Assembly: GCA_977018835.1 (NCBI GenBank) | Contig: OZ361258.1 | Span: forward strand, 4,960,001 to 5,024,000 | DNA: 64,000 bases | Direction: 5' to 3' | From: Minutocellus sp. GHC0000111 | Lineage: Eukaryota | Part shown: positions 47,145-59,048 of the stretch, in pieces | Layout of the letters: the number at the start of each line of letters is the position of its first letter | Numbering within the stretch: the stretch's first letter is position 1 | Notes under the pieces: generated by a model | The model's input: only the letters and a program-made list of their open reading frames with translations | Told to the model about the DNA's origin: nothing | The model's database searches: none | Translations under genes and position numbers: made by a program

Positions 47145-50100
47145 CTATACTTTGGTCAGATCATCACAATTCATTTCCTCAAAGAGACCGGCAATATCAT
47201 CGAGCAGGGGCGACACTACTTCAAGGTAGCTTGATATGTGATTCTTGGCATCCTCCTCCATCTTGCGACTGATATAGATTTCAAGCGCTTCACCCGAGAG
47301 CGCGCCATTTGTTTTACCAAACGAGCCGGATACTCTGGCGCTCTTGTTATCGCCGTCCTTAAAAAGGCCGATGATATTAGAAGCAACTTTTTCCCACTCT
47401 TGTTCGACATGCTTCCCAAATTTATCCAGTTCGGATTCGACATGACTCGATAGTTTATCGAACTCGGATACAACGTGCTTACCCAACTTGTCCCATTCCG
47501 AAACGACGTGCTTACCCAACTTGTCCCATTCCGATGTTATTTGCAAACCGAAGTGGATCCAGGGGTTGTCGGTATCTGGATCACCTTGGCCATCTTCGTG
47601 GTCGGTAGACTCTGCTTCGGCTTCGGCGGCGGCCCAGTCTTCAACGTAGGCGCTAGCATTCAGAAAGGGAAGCTGATAGAACGGCGTTTGATTGAGTTCC
47701 TCGTCGTAGACAAGAACGTTTTCTTCTTTGATGACATCATCGGTGCTCTGAGTGTCCATAGTTGCTGTTAGAAGTGCCTTGATATCATCATCGGCGTCAC
47801 CCATGTCACCATTCAAGGCGGCATCGGTAACTTCCTTTAGCCTGGAAGGATTCATATGACGAAAAATCAAGTCAGAGTCTGGCGCCGCCTGAAATGAATA
47901 GTTGAAGATCTTTTGGACGGCCCAGCCATGGAATGCATCATAGACGGTGCTGTAGGCTGCAGCGACGGCGTCGGTAACGGTTTCGTATTGGTTTGGCACA
48001 AGAAGGACGTTGGCGAAAACCTCTGTCTGATACATGAGTTGCCGGCGCACCCAAAGTAGGCCCATCGCCGCCGACTTTTCCTTGAGGCGAGGTAACTTAT
48101 CTACGTTCTGGATGCCCTCGTCGGTCTCGTACTGCAAGAGCTCACGAAGAGTCGGACTTTGGAGGGTAGGCGGTGTACCAGTAGATCGGTGGTTAGGCCG
48201 GTCAGAAATGACGACGTCGCAGGTTGGCTCGTTGGCACCATTGTCGGCTTGGCAGCTCGTCCGATCCCATTCATCTTCCATGGCATCGAGAGCATCTTGG
48301 TAGTCCTGCTTTCTTAGCTCGATCAAATCATGAATTGCGGCCTCGATCTTGACAAGGTTTTGTACCACATCCTTATGCCCAAGGCTCATCCCAACTGCGT
48401 AGCCCTTGTACCCGTCGGGCACTTGTCGAAGTACTCGCCACTCTGCCAATACTCGCATGGCTGCACAAAACATAAGGGCGTCGACGTCACCAAATCCATT
48501 CACATTATCTTCGGTACTTGCGGTGGACGTCACCGCCGATACAATTTCATCGCCTCTACTATTGTCGACGGAGTTGTCCATTGCAGATAAGATGGAACCC
48601 ATCCGCTCTGAAACATTTCCTCCTTCCATAAAATCGACGCTATCGAAACCCTCATGAGATGAGGTAATGGCGTATCGGAATACAAGTGCAATATCTTTGA
48701 GGGTCAACTTTGCGATCTCGTTAGTTGTAACAAATGGATCCGCCGCAGCAATGACGGGATCGCGGGAGGCGGTGGGTATCGTTCGTGGTCGTTTCTGTTT
48801 CGTCTGCGGCGTTGTAGTCTCTCCTCCGTCCTTGCGACTCCTAGACATCACTGAGCTGATGTTGTAATCGTCGTCCAAACCCCAATGCTCTCCCCTTCTC
48901 AAATCGACGCCACCAGCAAACGGAAGGATGGGCGATAGAGCGTCAGTAATCGACCCGATCATGGCCGATCCCAGAACACGTCGATTGGCTACATTCGGTC
49001 TACGGGTCCCAGACTTTCTGTCTTGTTGCCGTTTGGCTATGGTTCCAAAGAATAGCAATAACCAAATGATCCTCTTTCGTCCTCGGAGCAATGACTTGAT
49101 GGTGGATATCAGACCAGCATTGCCATGAAGTACCAAATCAAAGTCGCCCACGACGGTACTGACGTCGTCGTCGTCATCATCACCGTCGTCATCATCCATA
49201 CTACTGCCATGATCCGATCCTAACGTAATATCTAGGATGGGATCGCTAACGGGATGAGCCGCCAAAAGCATGTTGGCCCGGCTCGATCGTCTTCTCATCA
49301 TGGCTGGTGGGGGACGAATTGTTGGTGGTGCTCCTCCTCCTCCACGGAATTCATTGTGATGCAACAGACCAGACCCACAGATACCGTCAGATCGTCTTAT
49401 ATCACTACCATCATCTTTGTAGGAATCTTCCATCATCTTTCGTCTGCAGATGGGGGAAGCACGAAAGAAAAAGAGAAAGATCGAGGTGAGTGAAGGAGCT
49501 GGTTGGTATCAACTTCTACATGACGTGTCGACTTTCCGAAATGTCAACCGGTCTGTCTGGGAAAGTGCCGTCCAACCATGGACCATGGGTCCTCTCGTTA
49601 TGGCCGCCCAAGGCTGCCGACTGTCCAATGGCGTTTTGTGTGCGTGACTTCTCTCGTCTTCCATGGCTGTTGGCTTTGTCCAATCCATCGCGTCTTTTTA
49701 TACATGTCTCGCTGTCCTCCATCCCCGGCATAAGCAATTTTCGGCCGTGACTTGACGCTGTCAACTCCGCCAGCCGAGCTCGATACCGGCACACAACATA
49801 TACTTGATACTTTCTTCCTCGCAACTGAACTCACCTGTGCGCAGTACTGCTGAATTTGGACGCCTTGGGACGCTGATTAGGCATAGGAGGTATGATCGGA
49901 ATGTGCACCGGCGTCGCCTCCGTCCCATCGAGCAGAGGTATGGCGTGACGACAACCGGCTCCTGATTTCGTGTCATCGGCACTTTGTGCTGGCATAGTGT
50001 GGTTGTTATTGTCATTCCTCGGCGAGGGCGGGAGAGGCCGTATCCGCCGCGTCCTTACGCAGTCCCACGAAAAGGGATTGCGACGAAGCGGTGACTTTTT

Positions 50101-50154
50101 CGATGGGAGCGCCTGCGCCGCCGGTGGCGTAGGAGAGGAGGGCCGGCCCTCCAT
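47145..50154 (-). CDS. Glycolipid transfer protein (GLTP)-domain protein with long N-terminus (exons 50154-49835, 49443-47145)
   Basis: SAAMGLLWVRRQL...AY..VY..FHGWAVQKIF..S..AAP is the GLTP signature. Phase-2 intron GTGAGT...TGCAG joins the upstream 107-aa ORF in frame. Confidence 0.75.
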
Positions 50155-50461
50155 GGTTCCGAGAAATCGAAAGTGGTCGAATTGAAAAGAATTTTCTGGA
50201 TCGTCCGTCAGTCGTCCGTCTTGTCTGACCTGAGCCTGCCATGCAGTTGCTTTGGAGGAAGAAGGTCTTGACGGAGCAAGAAGAAGTCAGTGGAGAGCAG
50301 GTCCAAATAAATGATACCTGCTCGAGAACCAACACCTTGCATTCACACTTTGATATTTCCAGGGCGGTCTGAGCGGTTCCTTAATTTTTCTTCTCTTTGC
50401 ATGATCAAAACATGACATCGACACCTCGTCGATAAAAAGTTCACCGCCAAAAAAACTAAAC

Positions 50462-52303
50462 ATGCGTTGCGGCGTCGTCCCATCGACCTTGGCCGTCCTT
50501 TCGTGGGTGCCAGCCCTCCTTATGCTGGAAGGAGCGCATGCGAGGAGACAACCTTTCTTGACAGGCAAAAGCAAGTTGGATATAACCCCATATATTAAGG
50601 ATGGCTTCAACTCGACGTGCAAAAGCAGCACATGTTATGATAGCACAGAAGTCGATGCTTTGCTTGGTCAGCTGAATGACGACAAAGACATTGAGGAGCC
50701 AGGCCTGTCGGACCAAAGCCAACGCAAAAGGCGCTGGTGGAGACCAAATCTGTCACTCTTGCAACGCCGACGTCGTCGAAGAAGGCAGGCGATGCAAAAG
50801 CGCATGCTCAGTTCAGCACTGCAGCAAGACCAGCAACTCAGCATCAATGCAACTGCCAGTTTCAGCCACGCCGACCCACTCTCGGCCAAGCTCCGACGTC
50901 AATCGTCCCGTTTGCTCGATGTGGTCATTGATCGATTCTTGAGTGAAGAGTCGGCGACGGCAGTCCGAACCATCCGTCACACGCTGGCCAACTTGGAAGA
51001 TCATCACGGTGTGGTCGATGTATTCTCGCTGTACTCTCCGAAAGACATTTTGCTTTCGGCCCTGGCATTGAGTCGACTGCAAAGCGCCGCGGAGGAGTAT
51101 GAACGACGTAAACTCCTTGGGGCTGATGAAAGCAATGTCGAATACAAACGAAAGAAGCGGTCGCTACTTCGATTGTTTCGTATCTTTGGGAGGAAGGAGA
51201 AAGAACGGCATGTTGAAACAACGAAGTCGCATGACGTGGAACCAGAACTGCTCGAAATGATTGCCCACTACGCCAAGTTTGCAGTATCCGCCTACGGTTG
51301 GAAGGGTCGATTGGCGTTGGGAGGACGATGTCACCGCGGCGACGTCCGAGCCTTGGAGGCGCGGACGGGAATTAGCCGACGGGACCTCATCGATGCCAAT
51401 TGGAGAGGACGAACGCACCGACCAGCGTACTTTATTGTGAGAGATGTGGAGCGGAAGACCATTGTGCTGTCTGTGAGAGGCACTTGGTCACCGAGGGATG
51501 TGCTGACTGACCTCTGTGCGGTCGCTCAGGATTATGAAGTATACCCAGAGAACGTGACAATCTTAACGAAGCTCTCCAAGGCAAAGAAAATAAGCAAGAA
51601 GCAAAAGATCGCTCCTGTGGTTGCACCGAGAGCTCATCAGGGCATGGTCCAGAGTGCACGGGAAATCTCGCAAATGACCAATGCCACTATTCAATCTGAG
51701 ATAAAGCAAAATCCCAACGTTAAACTGGTGATCGTTGGCCATTCACTTGGAGGCGGTATAGCATCGGTGCTTGGAAGTATGTGGCGAGAAATATTTCCAA
51801 ACATGACGGTTATTGCGTACGGTTGTCCTTGTGTCGGTCCAATTGGGGCAGAACCGACATCGAACGAGCATATCATATCCATCGTTGCCGAAGGAGATCC
51901 GTTCTCATGTTTGAGTATCGGTCATCTTGCTGATTTATCAACGGCATTGTCTCGACTCTGCGACAACATAGCAATGAGAGATGATATCTTGAAACGTAAG
52001 GGCTCTATCCAGACAATGAGTGAAGACGATCTCAAGTGGAGCACCGACGCATTCGATTGGCTCAAAAGAGAGTATGTGCGATCAGACAAATTATATCCAC
52101 CTGGTCGAATCATGCTTCTGAGGGGCAGCAGCTTATCCATCCTGGCGGGGAGCGGTAAGGATATCACTCTCAGGGAAACGACAGCTGAACGATTTCGCTT
52201 TCTCAAGGTGCATGGGCGAATGCTGGACCTCAGTAGGCATATCCCTACAAGATACGAGAGCGCGTTAGAGAAGATTTGGGAACAACGCAAAACTAGAAAA
52301 TAA
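50462..52303 (+). CDS. Class 3 lipase (diacylglycerol-lipase-like)
   Basis: Motifs HRPAYFIVRD...IVLSVRGT.S..DVLTDL, AHQGM, GHSLGGG, D.F and LYPPGRI. N-terminal signal-like segment. Confidence 0.88.
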   Translation: MRCGVVPSTLAVLSWVPALLMLEGAHARRQPFLTGKSKLDITPYIKDGFNSTCKSSTCYDSTEVDALLGQLNDDKDIEEPGLSDQSQRKRRWWRPNLSLLQRRRRRRRQAMQKRMLSSALQQDQQLSINATASFSHADPLSAKLRRQSSRLLDVVIDRFLSEESATAVRTIRHTLANLEDHHGVVDVFSLYSPKDILLSALALSRLQSAAEEYERRKLLGADESNVEYKRKKRSLLRLFRIFGRKEKERHVETTKSHDVEPELLEMIAHYAKFAVSAYGWKGRLALGGRCHRGDVRALEARTGISRRDLIDANWRGRTHRPAYFIVRDVERKTIVLSVRGTWSPRDVLTDLCAVAQDYEVYPENVTILTKLSKAKKISKKQKIAPVVAPRAHQGMVQSAREISQMTNATIQSEIKQNPNVKLVIVGHSLGGGIASVLGSMWREIFPNMTVIAYGCPCVGPIGAEPTSNEHIISIVAEGDPFSCLSIGHLADLSTALSRLCDNIAMRDDILKRKGSIQTMSEDDLKWSTDAFDWLKREYVRSDKLYPPGRIMLLRGSSLSILAGSGKDITLRETTAERFRFLKVHGRMLDLSRHIPTRYESALEKIWEQRKTRK

Positions 52304-52335
52304 AATTTAAGATAAACTGGGTTCTTAATTATTCA

Positions 52336-53826
52336 TCAGCGAGTACGTAAATCCTCAAAGCTGATGTCACCTGGGACATTGAAGCTCGAATTTTCACTGC
52401 GAGTCCTTCTTAGCAATTCGTCAAAGTCGATGTATGGTTCATAATGCTCCACCGCCTTACCAACGCGATTGGTATCGTCGATGTTCAATTTGGGGGTAAA
52501 TGCGTGAATCTTTTGCATGGCCTGATGAGTTGATAGCTCCACCACCATCACCGGTGCACCTTCCAAACTATTGAGCATGTCTTTGACCTCTGTCGACAGC
52601 TGATACTTGCCCTTCCTTCCGCAGATGATGAGAGCAGCTTCGAACGGTGGTTCATTCTTTCGTCGGGTTCGTTGGTATTCCGCCATGAATCCTAAGATCA
52701 AATCATCTCTCGTGACATGGGCAACATAAAGTGTTCGGGAATTCTTCTCCCGCAAGTTTTCCAGGAAACGGCTGAGGCTGGTGGTGACCAAATTGAGATC
52801 ATCGACATTGTAATGCCGAAAGCGATGCTTCTGACCACAGACCAACTCTGTTCTAAAGAGCTTTTCTAGATCGGCCAGAGCGGGACAGCCCAAGTATGGA
52901 CGATCAGGCACACAACCAAGCAAGGGAACACCCCACGCCTGCCTCAGGGCCTTGCCCATGTAGTGCCTGGTCTGCTCGAGCTTGTCGGGTATTAACCTTG
53001 TTAACGACGACGCCCGCAATTCTCACATTGTGATGCTGACACAACACTCGGTTAAATTCCAACTCATCGAATGCCGATCCAAGACCGCCGTTGGCAATTA
53101 GGACCATGTCGGCACCAAGTGCCGAGGCAACCTTTGCGTTGTTTACGTTGACAATGGACCCTACTCCGCAATGTCCGGTACCCTCGGCAACCACCACATC
53201 GCTGGTTTCGCTGACATGCTCAAACGCCGTCTCAATATCGGCAATCTGCTGCGAGCATCGATAAATTTCTTTGTATATCCTCTGGGGATAATCACAGGTG
53301 ACATGTAATTTTAATCCAAATGGTGGAGGTTGAATCTCTCTCGGACCAGACACACATCCTTATCGACACGGATGGTTTCGCCGGAATCGGATTTGACCTC
53401 GACGTGCTGCTGGCCGACGGGTTTGATGAAGCCAACCTTATCGAAGCGCTTTTGCAGACCAGATACAATGGACAACGAGGTGGAAGTTTTGCCAACATGT
53501 TGCTTGGTGGCGGCGACGAAGATTGGACGTTGATGTCTGCCGTCGGGAAGCCGCTTCCAATATTTTGTGTTGACCTTGGAGGGATCGTGGGGCGTGGCGG
53601 CGTAGCGATCGGCCTTGGGATCGGGACAACCAAGTGACGGTGCCGAAGTGGAATAAGAAGAAGCCGATTGTGCTGAACCCCTGAGGCGTTCTGGTTGGTA
53701 CCTTGAAAGAGAAGCCGCCGATGCTGCTGGGCGAGTCATCGCCGTCAGCTGGGCTATGCACATCATGCCTCCTGCACGTGCGCCTCCCAGCAAACGACCT
53801 CTTATCATCGTGGACTCTGCGGTCAT
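52336..53826 (-). pseudogene. BioD/Pta-N-terminal-like (AAA_26) P-loop protein, disrupted
   Basis: Motifs IFVAATKQHVGKTS, FIKPVGQ, EGTGHCGVGS and GVVVNKV. In-frame TAA at 53313-53311 (HHLD*NYMSPVIIPRGYTKKFID), frameshift at ~53255 and a +1 frameshift at ~52994. Confidence 0.8.
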
Positions 53827-54190
53827 GATCAGCAGTCAAACCTCGCTCGGCCAGTTCTCAATTATGCGCCATGCGAGTAGCAGAGCAGAAGAGGAGAGAC
53901 GAGGAACATGCCAGGTGAGACAAAGTGACATGTGATGTGCCGATTCTTCGATAAGAGTGTTTAATGTCGAAAAAATAAATCGTAGATGTCTCACGAATTA
54001 TCAGAGTCTGCCTGACATCAATTGTCCAGAGTAATGTTGAAATAATCATAAACCAAACGCCCTTTTAAAGATCCAAATCGCGTCAGCCATCAAGCTCTCT
54101 TGCAGCTCTCACTCCAGCTTCGCTCAGCGAGAGTGAAGGGGTCGAAGTAATGAGAGCAACGAAAAGTCCTCTCCTCACAAACAACACAAT

Positions 54191-55312
54191 ATGATAATAA
54201 CATCCTTAATGACTCGGTTTGCCTTCCTGGGCAGCCTATCGTCGTCCCTCGGAACGACAGTGCTGGTCGCGAACACACAAACCTCATCATCGACTGCTTC
54301 GTCATCGGCTACATTCGTCACTACTACTACCACCACCGAATCATCGTCACTCCCCACCATATCAACCTCCTACATATGTCCCAATATACGCAACGTGCCG
54401 CAATCTTCCTCTATATTGACATCCCAAGAGCAAGATGCGATGATGGCGCTGGGGGCTCGAACAGTCCGAGAAGAAGTAGCCAAGTATCTTCGTGACGATC
54501 CCACGTTGGCTGGTCCATTATTGCGACTTGCCTTTCACGACGCGGCGACAAGAGAAGCGTGTGATGACGATAACGATCAAGACAAAACCTCATTTGACGG
54601 CGGGCCTAATGGATCAATAAGATATGAATTGGGATGGTCGGAAAATCGTGGTCTTGGCCGACCTCTCAAGGTCGTCGAACAACTACATGACATGGTTGAG
54701 GGCTACATATCGTCGGCGGATACCATTGCCCTTGCCGGTGCTGCCGCGGTGGAATGTGCCGGAGGACCTCACATTGCCATTCAACTAGGTCGAATTGACG
54801 CCACAGAAGCAGATGCCAAGAAGCGACGAAAGACGTTGCGAATGGATACCGATCGATCGGTGGTCGATACAACATTGCCATCGGCGGCACTGGATTCGGA
54901 TGGTTTGCGACTATATTTTGGCGCACTTGGCCTGACCGAGGAGGAATTCGTAGCGTTGAGCGGAGCGCATGACCTCGGAAGACACGTCACGTTGCTGGAT
55001 ATGTCCAAATCATGTCTCAAGGACTTGACCCGAGAGTGCTTGGAGAATGCGCCGGTGCTGATGCCTTTTGTTTCCGCCGATCCAGACAGTATCTCCAACA
55101 GCTACTACAAGAAATTGCTCAAATGGTATGATCGCAAGGTGGAGCTGGGAGAGGTTGCGTTCATCCCCACCGATGTGGCGTTGGTTGTCGATGCTGGACT
55201 CAGAAAACATGTGCAGAAATTTGCCAAGGATGAAAGGGCATTCTTTGCTTCGTTTGCATCGGCATATCAAAAGCTTGTGGATTCAAATGCGCAAACTTCA
55301 GCTCGGTATTGA
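54191..55312 (+). CDS. Class I heme peroxidase (ascorbate-peroxidase-like)
   Basis: Distal LLRLAFHDA, GGPNGSIRYE, SADTIALAGA.AVE..GGP, GR.D and proximal VALSGAHDLG. Confidence 0.88.
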   Translation: MIITSLMTRFAFLGSLSSSLGTTVLVANTQTSSSTASSSATFVTTTTTTESSSLPTISTSYICPNIRNVPQSSSILTSQEQDAMMALGARTVREEVAKYLRDDPTLAGPLLRLAFHDAATREACDDDNDQDKTSFDGGPNGSIRYELGWSENRGLGRPLKVVEQLHDMVEGYISSADTIALAGAAAVECAGGPHIAIQLGRIDATEADAKKRRKTLRMDTDRSVVDTTLPSAALDSDGLRLYFGALGLTEEEFVALSGAHDLGRHVTLLDMSKSCLKDLTRECLENAPVLMPFVSADPDSISNSYYKKLLKWYDRKVELGEVAFIPTDVALVVDAGLRKHVQKFAKDERAFFASFASAYQKLVDSNAQTSARY

Positions 55313-57149
55313 ATACATGTAAGCAATAAATGCCGAGAAATCAAAACATAATTGCAAGCTCATTGGAGTGCAGGCTTATAATCCCATTAGTGTAGCATGT
55401 ATTCATTCGCAGTAGATGCAGAAAAGAAAAGCTGTTTGTATAATTATAGCTGCTATTCTTCCAAGAGAAATGGTTTGAGATGTTTCTTGGCCGAAATTCT
55501 CCACGTCAAAATGATGACTGAGTATAGTTTGGGCAGCAAGCCATCACTCAATCCTCAGCACAAGCACCAATAGTACATATTGGATACACCAGAAGACATC
55601 GAAAGCAAATGGGGTGGGGAAATGGCTCAGCAGGGCGAGAATGAAACTCTATGAACCCTCTCGGATTACGAGAAAACTCATTTCCCCCCCACCTCCGGTA
55701 ATTGGAATGTCAACGAATGATCGGCGAGACACACCCCAATCACCCGCCCAAGCACTCACATGATCCTTTGGTTATAAGGTCAGGCAATGGAAGTAAATGG
55801 AGCAGAAGAATGTACCCGTCAACCGAGGATCAAAGGCTCCTAATACCGCTGAGACCCCCGGGTCGTCGGTTTTGATATTGTTCATGCATGCCATTAGGGA
55901 TCAGAGAGAGTACAAGTAATGCTTCCAATGCTCAGTCCAAGTTCTCACAAGAACCTTTTGGTATAGCAACAGGTATCCGACGCAAATGGAGAAGGAGATC
56001 TAGCCCAATAGACGGGATTCAAACCCTCCCAACACTGCTCAGACCCTCAAAGTCGACTTTTTGAAATGGTTCGTAGGTGTGAGTAGCAATCGAAACGGCA
56101 TAAAGCCAACGGCCAATGCCCCACCCAAGCCGTCATATCACTCATTGGGTACACCGGAACACAACGGAAGCAAATGGGGCAGAAGGTTGTACACAATAGT
56201 CGAGATTCTAGCCTTCCCAGTACCAAACGAATAACTGAAGAAGTGACGTCGTCGACCTCTTTCAGCAACAATATTGCGGCATTGAACAATCCACCGTGGC
56301 CCAATCCTCGTCCCGACCCCTTATATCATCCTTTGGGTATGTTGTCAGGTAAACAAAGGACGATGCGACTCGAATCTTCCCCAAGACGCGAGATTTGAAC
56401 CCGATCAGCTCGCTCAGAATTCCAAAAATAAGCTATCCTCGACCTCCACGAGCTGTAATTGACGTAGTTAGTGACCAAGCAGTAAACCAAACCTCCAATA
56501 AAGCTTCAGTATATTAATTTGTGACCATGCGGAGGCAACGAAACCAATCCTTGCTGGTTTTCAACTTCAAATGTCCACATATCAGCCCCTCCATCTCGCC
56601 GAAAACACCCAAATTGCTTTCTGAGCCGATTTTCGACAGTTTACTCGAAAATTCCCCCTTCCACTTGTCAAATACCCGCAAAGCACGGCATCAATACCAA
56701 CTCCTACACCAACACAAAAGATGTAAACGGTGCAATTCTGGGTTTGAGGCCTATTTGGCAAGAATCACCCCCCAAACAGGTCGCAAAGGCCACCCAGCTC
56801 ATTTCTGGACCTATAGCATGCTTTTTTTCATTTTCGACACAACCGATGAATTGCCTTCAAACCACCGCACAAGCCTTCACCCATGAACCCAAACCGACGA
56901 TTGATAGGATAAAATCTTGGTCTCGAGGCCTAAAAAATGAAATCTACCGCAAGTGCCGTATTTTTCGGTTACCAAAGATATTTTGGGGTTGTCGCGATCG
57001 AATCTCGAATCTCAGCACGAATTTCAATCGAACCACCACATCAATCTAGAACGAATGGTATGGTTGAGTTGGGGTCTGGAAGCTTTATCTGATGAGATAG
57101 ACACCAAAAACTGTTTTGGCGGGTAATTTGCCATTTTTCAAGGGCGAAA

Positions 57150-57495
57150 CATGCGAGTTCTCGACGCTCGTTGCAAGTTGAGTGTTGGTTCCTTGACAAC
57201 AGCCCGCCCGTGAAGTATGCGGATCGAACGATCATCACTTTTCCGGGGCACGGAGCTGTATCTCGGGAGATAAACGCCCAATACCTCATTTTGCGGCAAA
57301 TGTCGGATTTGAGGCCAATTTCGGCAGTAAAGCATGCGAATTCTCTGCACACCTTGCAAATCGAGTGTTGGTTCTTCGACAATAGTTCACTCATATATTA
57401 CGAGGATCGAATGAACACGAGTTTTCCGGGGCACGAAGGTGTATCTCACGAGATATCAGCCAAATACCTCATTTTTGACGACTTTTCCGACTTGA
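57150..57495. repeat. Diverged two-copy tandem repeat, period 183 bp
   Basis: CATGCGA...GAGTGTTGGTTC...GGATCGAA...TTTTCCGGGGCACG...GTATCTC..GAGATA...AATACCTCATTTT recurs at 57150 and 57333. Confidence 0.8.
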
Positions 57496-59048
57496 CAGTT
57501 TTTGTGAGCGCGTGTGCCCATCTTTGCAAGTTGGTGTTTATCGACCGCACACCACGCTGCCTTGGGACCATACAAGGCTGATTATCTAGGCAAATACAAG
57601 GAGATACGGTGTTTGGTGCCATTGCGAGGGGCATGATGGTCGATTGGGAGGCAATTTTGAGTTTGGGTGGCGGTCTGGGATTTTTGATCCCGAGTTTGCG
57701 CTGTTTTCGGGATCAAGTGATAATCCCCCGTATGGACTCCTATGATATAATTAGGAGTATGGTTACCAGGTCATTGACCAAATTTTCACCGGCGCATCGC
57801 GCGCAGAAACAAACGAACAAACACTCGCCGAGAAGAGACCGGCCGCCGGGCGTATTGGTTTGCAGAGAGAATAGAGAAACCATGCCGGACCCAAGAGCAA
57901 CGTCGCAGTTCTGCGCGCTGTACTCCTTCACGGGGATATTACTCATGGTGCGTCGTATGCCCAGTTGAAATGGAGGGCAATAAGTTTTCCCGGCACATCA
58001 CGTGCGCATTTTTTCCGAGTGTTTTAGTTGGAGGCGTGGGGAGAGTACAATGACCCTCGGCGGTTGGGTGGGCTTGGCTTCGATCAAAGATATGATGGGT
58101 CCGCCAAAGCGTGCTGAGAGGTAAAGATCGGGTTCCATTTTGCTGTGCTGGAGAGAGATGTTCCGAGCATAAAGTATTTCGGTGACATGTCTGCACGTCA
58201 TATCAGATCTCGAAAAGGCCTGTCCGCCGCCGAAAATGATTGTCGACATCGACATCGTGTCATTGCCACCGGCGGCGAAGGTGGTTGCGTCGTTGGGTGT
58301 ATCGGTGTATCGGCCTCCGGGCCAAACAACCACCACTTGCTTACCCAACACCAGCTGCTGCCAAAGCGAGGCGTGGACCCTCCCGTTGGTGGCTGGCTGG
58401 CTTTTAATTCTGGCCCGGTATCTTGCGAGCGACATATCACGTGCCGAAAGAGGCCGCGGCGTCACAACTAATATTTTCGAACCTCCCTCATTATTTATTT
58501 CGTCGGGTGCAGTTGCAGTTGCATCTCATCGTTTGGGTGTATCTCCCTCTTTGACCTTTGAGAGGTGGCTACACGAACCAAACGTCGCGTCAGTGCATCA
58601 GTGTCAAAAAAGTGCCGTTGCAGTGTTGGCGGAGGAGTTGGTTTTATTTCGACCGTATCTTGTCGGTGCCAAAACCAGCACGAAAAACAAAACCCGCACA
58701 TTCAAACAAAACAATTGATTTGATTTGTCGGCCCAAGACGAGGGAGTTGGATGCCAACACGCTGCTGCAACAGATTGCTCATTGGTAGAGGACTTGATTC
58801 GAGGAGGTCTCTGTGGAGTCGGGCTGCAAATTGGAACTCCGTCTTTTTCGGCACGTATCTGAGTTGAGTCGTCGGGTCGAGTCAGCACTTGCCTCGTCCA
58901 AGACAATCTATAGTAGCCCTTGCATTTGGGGAAGATACAGCAGATACTTCTCGAAGAAGAAATACTCCGTCGAGTATCCGAGATTCTGGCCATCTATTCT
59001 GCTATACTTTTGAATCTTGGCACAGAACGCAATCAAACGTCTTTGAAT

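Noticed and set aside
53311..53313. Alternative genetic code or selenocysteine recoding as the explanation for in-frame stops
   Set aside because: The internal stops are TAA and TAG, not TGA. All three stop codons terminate normal genes in this window, and the same gene also has frameshifts.
56375..56465. tRNA or tRNA-derived SINE on the minus strand (GGGTTCAAATCTC B-box-like, weak A-box)
   Set aside because: I could not fold an acceptor stem or anticodon arm. A single box-like match is insufficient.
55400..59000. Protein-coding genes or a defined transposon in this interval
   Set aside because: Only short ORFs without recognisable motifs are present. I found no TIR, LTR or TSD pair by eye.
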